64,000 bases of DNA from Albugo candida. Lineage: Eukaryota. How positions within the stretch are numbered: position 1 is the first letter of the stretch; each line of letters begins with the position of its first letter. This document shows positions 11,380 to 22,849 of the stretch, piece after piece. The translations under genes and the position numbers were made by a program. Where the stretch lies: NCBI GenBank assembly GCA_040437565.1, contig JBDOQK010000003.1:496001-560000 (forward strand). The letters run 5' to 3'. The notes below the pieces were generated by a model that was not told the DNA's origin, made no database searches, and worked only from the letters and a program-made list of their open reading frames with translations.

Positions 11380-11559
11380 AAGCGCCCTCACACAAGCTCC
11401 GAAAGCTATAACCTTTTTGCACATTTAAATTTGTATAGTAAAGGTCTGCTCATTCTCTTGACCCCAAATAAACTGTTTCGATGAAATTGCCAGCTGACGG
11501 TACCGTCATCGGTATCCACGAACGACTGTGCCATTGTTTTGGTACACGGGATCTCATTG

Positions 11560-12829
11560 ATGGAGAATTACTTTCGCTCTCATTGCGTGCTGCCACGTAA
11601 CAACGCAAGTAATGATGCACGAAATGGATCGCCTTCCTTGCATTCCAAAGAAGCAGAGCTTGTGCTATTGCAAGAAGCTCGTGGCGCTCTTGGAGCGTCT
11701 CGATCTGTACTCGCTGGGTCAATACAACATGTACAGCTTTTTTGTAGAGCGAAATCATGACATATGTCGCTAAGATTCTCCCCTAGCTCGTCGCTTCTCG
11801 TCATGTCACAACTATTTTGTTCATCGCTTTTGTAAGTCGCCTCAATATGACAATTCCTACTGCAGCGTGATGAAATTAATTGATCGTATGGAAAAAGGAA
11901 GATAGTTCGCTGGAAAAATACGAATTACCACTAGAGACAAGCAAGTCAGTAAGTTTTTTCGACTTTGCTACAGATATGATCTTTTTGGAAGCTCGAATGG
12001 ACAAAACGACCTGTACAATCGACTCAGTTGAAAGAAAGATATCGGGCCACCTCATTCATTGCAATCCAGCGCCATCAAATTCAGCCGTTGTCATCTTTGA
12101 TGCACTTACACCACTCCTGGAGGATCATCAGGTTGCAGATGTGGTCAGCTTTCTTCAACGGTTACGGAAAAGTAATATACATCAGATGATTGTCATCAAT
12201 TTTGATTTTGTGAACTGCCTTAGATACCGCGATAGGATCTGTCATTGCTCGTCACAGTACGAGCTGCGTGTCAAAATCATCGTCGTTTGCCTTGGCGTCG
12301 AATGCAAGCGCACTTCTTTGGATAGAAACAATCAGTTCCATACAAGCGTATCCAGTGCTTGCTAAGGAGAGACGTCAGACTATTCCGACGGGTAAAGATG
12401 GATTCATTTTGACGATCAGGAATAAGAATGTATGTGTGGAAGTTGCTGATTAATAGCTAATTTCACATACCCGATTCACATGTTTATGAAGTATAGAACG
12501 GTATGAGCTCGGAAACCATGGAGTCTTTTAGGATCGACGATTCACAACTATCACTTGAACGAATGGATAATCCTGAGGCTGAACAAGACAATACCATGGA
12601 TATAGCATCAGGGGATACCAGAGCGCATACCAAGAACTTGACTTTCAACGTTCACACGAGCGAGGTCGAAAAAATTGCGAAACAAAAAATGAAGCTTCCC
12701 TATCAGCATCGTGGAAGCCATGTGATGAGTTGCGATAGCACTATACCAAATGAGCGCCTACTTTTCTATATCGATGATGATGATCTTGAATGGGACGACG
12801 ATGATGTGGACGGCGACTTGGACGTATAA
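11560..12829 (+). CDS. ELP5: Elongator complex subunit 5-like (multi-exon)
   Basis: C-terminus LTFNVHTSEVEKIAKQKMKLPYQH...FYIDDDDLEWDDDDVDGDLDV matches the ELP5 tail pattern; VVIFDALTPLL fits the RecA-like core. Start is tentative. Confidence 0.75.
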
Positions 12830-13334
12830 GCGCGTCATGATCTAATACCCAGGAATCGTTTCTCGCATACCGGCATTCATGAGTCTACGCATAAATGCAC
12901 GGCCTGATACTGCATGCCTCCACAGAAAGGATAGATTTACTTGTATACTCATACTATACCGATGAAATATCGCAGATGCCGAAAGCCTTTACTAAAACCG
13001 GCTAGCAGCCACTTCTATATCATCCAATGTCTCATCATGCCTTTTGTCGTGGTCGACATGAAGAAATGTATCGTCAGAAAATACATACCTATCACCTAAC
13101 CGAACATTGAATAGAGCTGATGGACACGTATATAGAAGCAATATTCCAATTTTTCGTTATATGATGACGTAAGCCTTGATACTTTCCCGAGAAGATGATG
13201 ATATTTTAGCTCGCGTTGCTACTATACTCGGAAAATATCACTGCGATCCGGACAAATACCCTTATGATTTATGGAATTGTTCCTTGACCACAACCCTCCA
13301 TACGATTCTTCGTTTCTGTTTCGATTTTAACAGA

Positions 13335-14500
13335 CATTTTTAAGATCGATTGAGATGGAAAAGCAAATTGTACTTATTCGGGATGAACTGACTGTCGAAA
13401 TCAGATTTATTGCTAATTCTGACATTGTTGGGGATGCAGGGAGTTGCATTCTTACAAAAGTAGTGTAATCACACAGGACCTGAATTGTATTGATATCTAA
13501 TTGGCTCTTCAAATTTGTGTAGGTGCACTGTGAGCTCTCGGCTCGAGAAGGAAGATATATGCTTTCTGGACACATTTCATTGCTAGACCACCACTTCAAG
13601 CTCATTCTGGACGATTGTGGCATCGATATTTATCACGATGAGAATCTGTTTGTAATGCTAGAAATAAGGCAAAAAATGCCATCGCCACGCATGTATCGTT
13701 TTAGTACTTCTTCCAGCGGTCATCGAAAACAGTGGACGCAAATGATTTCATTGATAAAAACGAAACAAAAAAATCTAAGTATGCTATCCAAGTTGGAGAA
13801 AGCACGGACCACAACAACAAAATCAGAGTCACATCATACAAATAAACTGTATCGGTCCACTCAACCTCAGTATCACGTTGTCCATTTAGTTCTTATACGT
13901 CATGGCCACTACACCAATGCTTTGGATCCCGTCTCATCGGACGCGGAACAGGTATTATCAAAGATAGGAAGGCAGCAAGCTAGATTGACGGCCAAACACC
14001 TGGCCAGAACATTCGGTGCACCAGCGAATCGACAGGATGTTTCAATTCATCACAGCGATATGGCACGGGCAGTTGAGACTGCCTCGATCGTATCTAGCTC
14101 ATTTGCTGATTGCGCAGTGCAAGTAAGTCCCTTGCTGCGTGAAGGCTGGCCAGGTTCACCATTCCGCTCCAAAACAGCAGAGACGCATAAGCCAGCCGCT
14201 ACCAGGTCGAACAATGATTTAGAACGTATGGATCAAGCGGTTGGTAAGTACTTTGATTCAAGTTCCGAAGAACACGAAGTTACAGTCCGTTTGACAATTT
14301 GTCATGCAAACCTTATACGCTACTTTATTTGCCACGTTCTTGGGGTGAGTCCAAAAGGAATTTGGGGACATTTCGAAATCAATCATTGCAGCATCACTCG
14401 AATCGAGTTGTATGGAAACCGTCCCTCAAAAATAATATCCTTGAACGAGACTGGGCATCTTCCGCATTCACTACTTACTTCCAGTGAAGATTTACTATGA
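13335..14500 (+). CDS. PGAM5-like histidine phosphatase with an extra N-terminal domain; 5' end unresolved
   Basis: LVLIRHGHY, LSKIGRQQARLT, HSDMARAVETA, LLREG, CHANLIRYF, NHCSIT, LNETGHLP. An upstream exon near 13335-13459 splices to 13523, and further 5' exons are likely. Confidence 0.8.
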
Positions 14501-14675
14501 CCCATTCCGAAAAATCCACCCATCGCATTTATCCACATTCTTAGAGACCTCTGCAGAACAATAGTACACCTATAAATGCTACAATAATTTATGGGCAGCC
14601 TCCAGTGTATTTCTGTGGAAAACGAGAGAAATCCAGATGCAGTAGACGAATTATTTTCTTTAATACTGTAGATCA

Positions 14676-15575
14676 CTATTTGTCAAAGCACGTATGTCCA
14701 AACAAAGGATACAAATATTTCTGTATCATGTAATTTGCGGCATCTTCAAGTGTTTCCCCGACAATATCACTCACGAAGCGACATAATGCAGTGTGCTGAG
14801 CCATCCTATTCTTGCCAAGAGGTATCATTGTGTTCAATATCTTCAGAATACGGGATTGATTCACAACCTGATATTCAAAAGATTTGAGTTGTTCAAAAGT
14901 GATCGAAACATCATGAGCAAAAGCTGCGTCGATCCGATTGAGTATACGCTTCCTTCTTGAATTACTGGTCGAGGTAGAGTTCAAATTTACCAGCTCCTCA
15001 ATAGCAAGATTCTGGCATGTCGCATTGCCCGAAGAGCACTGCAAAAGACGAAGTAGGAATTGAAGGGTCAATTGCACGCTAGAAGCTTGTAGTTTTACTT
15101 GCACGTCCACGTCCGCTGGCCGACATAATATTTGGTGGAAAAAATCTGTCCAGCACGGATGATACCATTTCCGATTAATTTCTGCAATGCGAAATGTGAA
15201 CGATCCCGTAGCTTCTAGAGGGCCATCGACAGAGAGAGCAAGCGCTAGACGGTCAGAGCCTCGGACTTTGAGTTCCTGAAGAATTATACGAGACAATCCT
15301 TTGACCTCAAGATCGCGAATTTTTGGAGTGACTGTAAAGTTGGATCCTAGCCAGCGAACTCGGAACGTCTGAGCGACATAATCTTGAACAATGAAAGGAT
15401 CCAAATGTGCCATAATAAGCGGTAGGATGGAATCAGTTATTATGAGTAAGCCATTCAGGTCGTGCACATTCGCCCATTGTGCAGTATAATCAACTGGTTT
15501 GCATGTCGACGTCTCATTTGCGGCAGATGCTTCGGCAAGCAACTCAAACGCCAACATCACTACACCAGTCAGCAT
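14676..15575 (-). CDS. Secreted hypothetical protein, 299 aa
   Basis: Intronless ORF with signal-peptide-like MLTGVVMLAFELLAEASA, several Cys and N-glycosylation sequons. Confidence 0.65.
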   Translation of the reverse strand: MLTGVVMLAFELLAEASAANETSTCKPVDYTAQWANVHDLNGLLIITDSILPLIMAHLDPFIVQDYVAQTFRVRWLGSNFTVTPKIRDLEVKGLSRIILQELKVRGSDRLALALSVDGPLEATGSFTFRIAEINRKWYHPCWTDFFHQILCRPADVDVQVKLQASSVQLTLQFLLRLLQCSSGNATCQNLAIEELVNLNSTSTSNSRRKRILNRIDAAFAHDVSITFEQLKSFEYQVVNQSRILKILNTMIPLGKNRMAQHTALCRFVSDIVGETLEDAANYMIQKYLYPLFGHTCFDK

Positions 15576-16056
15576 AGGCTTCTAATGTGTAGAGCACGTG
15601 ATATATACAATTGAATACAATCGCGCTTAAATCGAAGGCACAGGTGTGGGATTATGTATTCTCGATCATCGTGGAACGATTGGATCAGTGCAATAAATGA
15701 TTTTGTACCACTTAGAAAATAAACTAAATGCTTCTGTGTAATTTCTCATCTTTCCATATTAGCAGAAAGTTAGTAGCAACGTAAAAGCAATAATTACGAC
15801 TAGACAGCTCGAAGAAAACAGAATGTATATTACAGCTTTCACGGTTCTAGCATAATCGACTGGCTGAGGTTGAATGTTGTGTATACCTGATTAACAATCG
15901 GTGGCAGCATTCATCATTTCCAGCATTGGTACACGATCGAAGCTTCGGCCGAATCTAGCATTAAGCAGCCCTTTGATGCTTTAGTTCCGTGAGTGTGGCA
16001 ACCTCTTGTGTGATTATCTCTACGATATTCCTGATCCTACAGGGATGCCCAACTGC

Positions 16057-18242
16057 TTAGCATGCACTAATGCTCTCTCTCATTTGGACGCCAAGATCAC
16101 TAAACGCGAAATTGCTGATTTTTAGTCTTTGCGCGGTTCGACGAAAAGATCGGAACGCACAAAACAACAAGCGAGTATGCATCTTTCGGGTTCTAAACTG
16201 GTGAATCATGCCTTCATGAACTGCATTATTAGCACCGAAAGTAGAGCATACTCCTATTAAATTGCTTGACCTGATCAACTTTTGTATCTGATCGCCAGAA
16301 ATTGGCGCCTAACCAGTTTGTAATGGTCAGTCTAGATGCGGTTCTACTGACCCACTAACTCCTTCAAATGTTAACGATCTCCGTACGTCAGCTTTTGAAT
16401 GTATTCCAGTGAGGCTAGCCAGTCATGCTAGTAAAGACCTTGGTCAAGACATTTATGCTCCAATTGCTTGGCCACTTATCCGTTTTTATTTGTATATGCC
16501 GTGTTTGAACCATTGTCAGTGCTCATATCAGTAGTTTGGATGTGGTATTGTCGTGTCTGACCTGCTCGAATCAAGTCCGCTGGTCCAAAGTTGTCTGGTC
16601 CAAGCTGCTTCGCCAAATGCTGCATTCCACCAGTCTAATGACACGTTCAAGTATTTGCGTTAATTGAACGACATTACATAAATATCCGAGCCAACCTGGT
16701 ATTCATCCGTGTCACCCGTGCCCATATTGCTCACCAGCTTTCGTGTAGTCTCCTAATCTCCATCACAAGTATGTCAGCTACCCATTATCCAAAAATGAAG
16801 TCGGATGACCTACACTGAGAAATGTCCTGTGCTGACACTCGAAGTTGTAAATTGCGTCTAACATTTTGAAGCATTCCGAAGCGGGCAAATGCTTGTGTGG
16901 AAATACCTCCTCGTATCTGTTTCGTCCTCCACCATTACGTGAAAAAGCTAATTTTTCAGTTTTGTTGATTTTCTCCCGCCTGGGCTAGAACTTGATGGTT
17001 ATGCAGAGACTTTCAAACGCATTTTTGGATTGATGCATACCAGTCGACGTATTTGAAGATCTTCTGGCCTATGCTTTGGGCCTTTTGGGATAGAGCGATT
17101 TTTATTGCGAATTATTTTTTCAGACGGTGTTATATAGATCGACCGACGCAAATATTCCGAGTCTCTGACATCAAGTACCGTTGCCCTAATATCTTTGCCA
17201 GAAGTGCCTGTGGTTGCAGTAGCATTTTCCATCATACTATTGCTGCGTACTATGGAGATACCATTCATAGATAGCATATTGCCCCTGAATTGACTGTGAT
17301 CGATCAATTCAAAATCAATGCATTGCTTGCTCTTGGCAATAACTTCGGGTGAGGAAACCAAATTCCATCTTTTATAATCATAATCTTGTTCAACTCTAAG
17401 AAATCTTCGCCACATTTTTGCTGCTGCTCCTACTTCCAGAAATACTGGTGGTAGATCCGAAGAACAGGAAGGGCACTTGAATGCTGCACATAGTCTATAA
17501 TCCCAAACTTCCAATATGATAGAACCTGCATAGTTGTAGTAGTGGATCTAGATGCACGTAGATAATATACTCAGTCTTGACAGGACCTTTCTTACCATCT
17601 CTTGAAGACCCTCTGGAACGTTGCCTGCATCCAAAGTTTGCAGAAAATATCTGATTTGACATGAAGACTTTGTGTGACAGCGAAATTGTAGCAAGATACT
17701 TTTTCACTAGCTTACCGTGCAGTGTCGTCGTATGGCTGGGCGTACCCTTGGACCGGTTGCCTTGCCTCTGTGTAATGCTGACAAACAAATGCATCCTCGA
17801 ATAAAGCCACGAGTAAAGTTATATCAAGAGTGTAGAGTGAATCAATTAGGTTTGCATAATTTCCAGAATAGGCTGGGGCTGCTATCGTGCTCTGAGTGCG
17901 AATTGTTTTTTTCTGATCCTCGGGATGCGATGTATGTGTGCTAGGAATAGGTAAGTTTGAAAGTGTAGCTTCTAACGAATCAATGATCAATCCCATCACT
18001 ACGTTATTCCCATTTGCATGCATTTTCATCATATCGTTGAATCCTGGATCAGACGACTCACTAGGTTTGTCGGTTTTAAGGAGCATGCATTGCTGGTCTT
18101 TGATCGGATACTTCTGCTGAATACACGGACTTTGTTTCTCCGTATTTAATTTGCCACATACTGAGTTTTCCGATCCAACCGATACTTCAAACTCAACACC
18201 AATCGAGTAGGAGAACTCATCCTGCGTTATATTGATGGGCAT
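16057..18242 (-). CDS. Spt20-like SAGA subunit (multi-exon)
   Basis: Splicing three exons gives TLLVALFEDAF...QPYDDTAR|YFLQTLDAGNVPEGLQEM|IHYYNYAGSIILEVWDYR, matching the Spt20 pattern PY...FL..lD.G.lP..L...y..G.ii.EvrDyR. The 3' end is tentative. Confidence 0.6.
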
Positions 18243-18335
18243 ACGACCGCAACGCTTCAAGATCGCGATCCGGTCAGGATAACGCTTGGACCGAGCCGGT
18301 AGTGGCTCTCAAGTGGACCACATTGGTCAAGAATC

Positions 18336-18707
18336 ATGCGTCTGGTGACACATAACATGCTGATATGCAATAAGAAGGGAGTGACGAATGGATTCCCGCT
18401 CCGAATTGAAGCTGAGGACATTGATGTGATAGAGTCTGAGTTTCGACCTGAATTCCTGCAGAAATTGCTTGGCAAGCTCGACTATTCAGCATTTTTGCAA
18501 GCAGCGACATCTTTGAAACTTGCTGAAAAGCTACCCTCATGCCTCACAGAAGATGTGTACGAAGACGATCAAGCGATGAAGAATATTCATCATGTAATGT
18601 TTGATGTCCACATACAAAAGGGAAGACTCATTTGTCCCGAATCCAATCGAGAATTCCCAATTGTCGACGGAATACCCAACATGCTTCTGAATGATGATGA
18701 AGTTTGA
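18336..18707 (+). CDS. TRM112: Multifunctional methyltransferase subunit TRM112
   Basis: MRLVTHNMLIC...GFPL...GRLICPESNREFPIVDGIPNMLLNDDEV. Confidence 0.95.
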   Translation: MRLVTHNMLICNKKGVTNGFPLRIEAEDIDVIESEFRPEFLQKLLGKLDYSAFLQAATSLKLAEKLPSCLTEDVYEDDQAMKNIHHVMFDVHIQKGRLICPESNREFPIVDGIPNMLLNDDEV

Positions 18708-18758
18708 TTCGGTAAATTAGAGTATATTGAAATGTTTTTGATTCATAGATATTCTCTC

Positions 18759-19930
18759 TCAGAGTGCCAGTCCTTTGGGTTTTTGTATTTGTTGAGGCGA
18801 TCTACAAATTGAAACCGCCGAATATTAGTCTTCGGACGATTTGTGAGTGATTTATGGCATTTGACCGATTTTGGGAAAGCGACGGTTTATCTTCTCCTAA
18901 ATCATCGAGTGATATCTTTTCCCTTCCATCACTTGCATGATCCAGTTCTGCCAAAGCTTTGATCCATTGCACGCGAAGCTCAAAAGGTCCTTCCTCTTGA
19001 TCTGAGATGGCGAATCCAATCTGATCAAGTAATAATCGAATTAGGCTACATACTTTTTGAACACTTCAAATTGCTTGCGTTGAGTAGTTTGGAGGGATCC
19101 AAGACGGTTGCATCGTCCAATTTGACATATCCCCTTGACGTTAATAAAAGTGCGCTAAACGGTAGCTAAGACAAGCGGAACCGTAGATTCTCGATCTGAT
19201 AGATCTGTCATTGAGTCTCACCTCAACGTCAACCCATTTTCCAGCTGGTGCTTTGATAAATCCCTTATAGTACTTCAGATGAGTCTAGTCCTGGACCAAT
19301 GAGAATACTCACCATATGTATGTCAAACGGGTTCCATCCTTCTGTCTGTATGTTCACACGAAATCTATTTGAGGACGCTACGTAAGCAGAGAATCGAAAT
19401 GCAATCGTTTTTTTGATCCCCACATTCGCCCGTCCGTTCTAACACGCATTTGCAATCCTTGATAGCCGAATAGCTGGACACCTTTTGGTCTCGGTGCTCT
19501 CACCGCACAATAACCACTGCGAACGATGCCGGCCTCGGGCGGTTCACAAGCCATACTCAAACGACCAGAAAATACCGCTATATGAAATGGATTAGCAGCA
19601 CAGCCATTGCGATATAGAGTACTAACCGCACGGAAGATTATCGACAGATGCGTTTTCATCAAGCTTTTCAGTAGATTGATTTGTCCTGCAAAGATGGCTC
19701 CATTGGCTCTGAGACATCCCTACAAAAAATGCTGAGTCACAGCATTCCTCAGCATTCATATATACGAATCAATACCTCCAATAGATCGATCTGTGCTAAC
19801 TACCCAATTGCTCAGATCATGTTCATAACGAAAGTCATATAAAACCTTTTCTTTTGGAATGCTTAATGGAACGCCTAACGCTAACGACAATAGTGAAATA
19901 AATGCTTTCGTTCACTTGCGAGCATGTCAT
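18759..19930 (-). CDS. NDUFAF1: Complex I assembly factor CIA30/NDUFAF1 (multi-exon)
   Basis: LYDFRYEHDLSNWVVSTDRSIGG, AVFSGRLS, RSGYCAVRA, YQGLQMRVRTDGR, PAGKWVDV, GPFELRVQWIKA. Start is approximate. Confidence 0.82.
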
Positions 19931-20047
19931 TAACTTTTCTTTGATCTCAAAAACAGCGTCTCTGCGGATGTAGCCAATTTGTGCAAAAAGCTCATTTTAA
20001 CGACTAAGTCACCTTCTTAAATACGCTATTTCACCTAGGAATTAAAC

Positions 20048-21626
20048 ATGAGTCTCCACTTACCGAAGCATCATTGGGGAACTCGGCAGGTTGATGCATA
20101 CGAAAAAATGGAATGCATTGGCGCTGGCACATATGGGTACTACGAATTGAGAAGTGACCGAGCCTCCAAAATGACAGTGTCTTGACCACAGGCAAGTATA
20201 TATGGCGAAAGATAAAGCATCCGGCGAAGTGGTGGCTATCAAGAAGATCCGAAGTTTGAACGAGATACAAGGGGTAAATAGAGTCGTGATGTAGAAATTG
20301 TTGTGGACAAAAACTGATAAATCTACCCGAGCAGCTACCGGTGACAACCATTCGTGAGATCAAGGTTTTAAAAGGCTTACGCCATCGGAATTTAGTGGAA
20401 TTGAAAGAGGTCGTGGTGTCAACATCAGAAGAGAAAGACGACGGTAAGTGGTCATAACATTTTCTGTCTTAAAAGTCAAGACACGTGGAAATGTTAGGAT
20501 TTAGCGAGAAGGAGGATGTCCTAGAGTACTGTCATGGATCTATATACTTGGTCTTGGAGTATGTTGAGCATGATTTAACGGGTCTTCTCGATCGACAGTA
20601 CATGTAAGACAGGCATGCATATAAAGAGATCGTGACAACCCTTCAAAAAATTACTTGATTGTAGGTTCAGTGACACTGAGATCAAATGTATAATGCATCA
20701 GCTTCTGGATGTGATGAAACACATGCACAGTATCGATATAATCCACAGGTTTGCAAAATCTTTCGACTATTTTTTCTCTACGCGTAATACATCAGAGCCT
20801 TGGTAGGGATATCAAGTGTTCCAACCTGCTTTTAACGAAGACGCATCTTCTTAAACTAGCCGATTTTGGGCTAGCAAGGTCGATTCGTGGTGATCAGGTA
20901 TTCACGAACAAGGTCGTCACTCTGTGGTATCGGGCGCCAGAATTACTGCTTGGTGCCACGAGTTATGATGCTAGTATTGACATGTGGAGCATTGGATGCG
21001 TGTTCGCGGAGCTATATATTGGGCACCCACTATTCCAGGGAAAGACTGAACTGGAGCAAATCACTAGAATCTTTGAACTTTGTGGCACTCCAACGCAGGA
21101 AAGCTGGCCCGACTATAAATTTTTGCCATTAACCAACAAATTTGTATCGGAGAAACCAAAATCGAGGAAATTGAAGGAGTACCTCCTGCGCGAAGTCTCT
21201 GCTCGAAAAAGAATGTTCCCCAAAGGAGCTATCGAATTGATTGAATCGCTACTGAATTTGGACCCGGAGCAACGACCCACGACAGAGGGATGTCTACAAT
21301 CCCTGTACTTCCAAACCCGACCATACACCCCGGATGATCCTAGAAGCCTTCCAGAAATCAGCAATCTTCCTCCATCTCATGAGTATCAAACAAAAAAAAT
21401 CCGACGTGAGCAAGCAAAGCAGCTTGTTGGCGGGGGTCACAGCAGTACTACTAATGGAGGAAATAGCGGAAATAGCAAACCACGTATATCTACATCTACC
21501 AAGCAAAGCCCGCGCGCGACCGGATTCGATCCAGGATCCAAACGTGCTGACGATAATTTAGCCAAATCAGAAATACCTGCTTCAAGTGACAGAAGCGATT
21601 CACTCAAGAAGCGTCGACGCGACTGA
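20048..21626 (+). CDS. Cyclin-dependent kinase, CDKC/CDK9/12-like (multi-exon)
   Basis: IGAGTYG|QVYMAKD, VAIKK, LPVTTIREIKVL (PITAIRE-like helix), HRDIKCSNLL, DFGLAR, TNKVVTLWYRAPELLLG, SHEYQTKK. Confidence 0.92.
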
Positions 21627-21687
21627 GACAGCCGATAAATCATAAAAATCTAAAGGCATTCAGTATTCTGATACAACCAAAGACTCA

Positions 21688-22711
21688 CTACTGCGTCAAA
21701 CGAGCCTTACTTCCATACGGATTTGCCGACGTTTTTTGAAGCTTTGAGACGATACTGTTATTACGCTGACAATATACAAAGAAACCAACTTACTTGCAGT
21801 AAAAGCGATGGATTCTTGACCTTGACTATATTATTGACTTCCTGTAATACCACGTTTAGGTTCATTAGTGTATCTACCATGAAGTCGATCAGCACTCACA
21901 CAGAGCCTCGTTTGTAGAATTTGTAGACGAGCTTTCATAGCATTATACCGAAAAGTGAGATGTTGCCGGATCAAGTCATCGCTACAGCGCATAAAATCTA
22001 TAGATAATAATTCTACGAATTTGTACTCCATATTTTGGATGAAATCCAGACGAGCTCGACCATCTGCTTGCATGAGATAAACAGCTAGATGGTTTTGTGG
22101 TTCTTTGATACAGTTGTTCAGCATCCGAATCAACACGTTAGCGTAGTCTGGAAATTCGATCATTAGCTTTTGATGCTGTTGCATGGTAAGGAAGCTTTTT
22201 TCGTCGCAAGTGTGTGCATAAAGAAAGAACAAATCACTCTCCGTTGATAACTCCAGTCTGAGTTGACGTAAAGCACCCTCCTCGTTCTAAGGTAGAGCAT
22301 TCGTATCATCGAATTTGAAGATGTATGAGAAGGTAACCTGAACGAACCATGACCAATATCTTCACCCTGATTGCTTCAAGTGTACCAACTTGTTGTGGCA
22401 CGTTATCCGTATCCTTTCATGTGGGCACATACGTATATAGAATGACAAGACCAATTGATGAGACAATTACCTGAATACGTAATTCCAGTGGTGTTTCACG
22501 ATCATATATTACGCGAAATCCTCCAACTATGAAGCGAGTCAGTCACATGTAAGCTTATTCTGGCAACAAAACACGATAGAGCAGCACCTAAGCTTGGATC
22601 CATTTCCTCCATTGTGAGAACAGGGATTAGATGGTTACTATCAAAGGCCGAACCGGATGGCTGATTCAGTGAATTTGCATCTTCATATTTGATTGTAGAA
22701 TGTCCATTCAT
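21688..22711 (-). CDS. SAS6L: SAS6-like protein (SAS-6 head domain with short coiled coil)
   Basis: MDPSL...YDRETPLELRIQ...GTLEAIRVKILV...RLELSTESDLFFLYAH...QKLMIEFPDY...ARLDFIQNMEYKFVELLS...RQHLTFRYNA...VKVKNPSLLLQ. Confidence 0.8.
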
Positions 22712-22849
22712 ACTTTGGCGTCCAAAAGTCGGGAGCAATCCTCGTTCGTTTTGCGGCGAGTCTGTAGAGAAGCTGAGACTAATTTAATATTCTGAGATAA
22801 TTATAACTGCGCATGCCATGAACTCGATTCTCATTTTACTTCACGGTAA

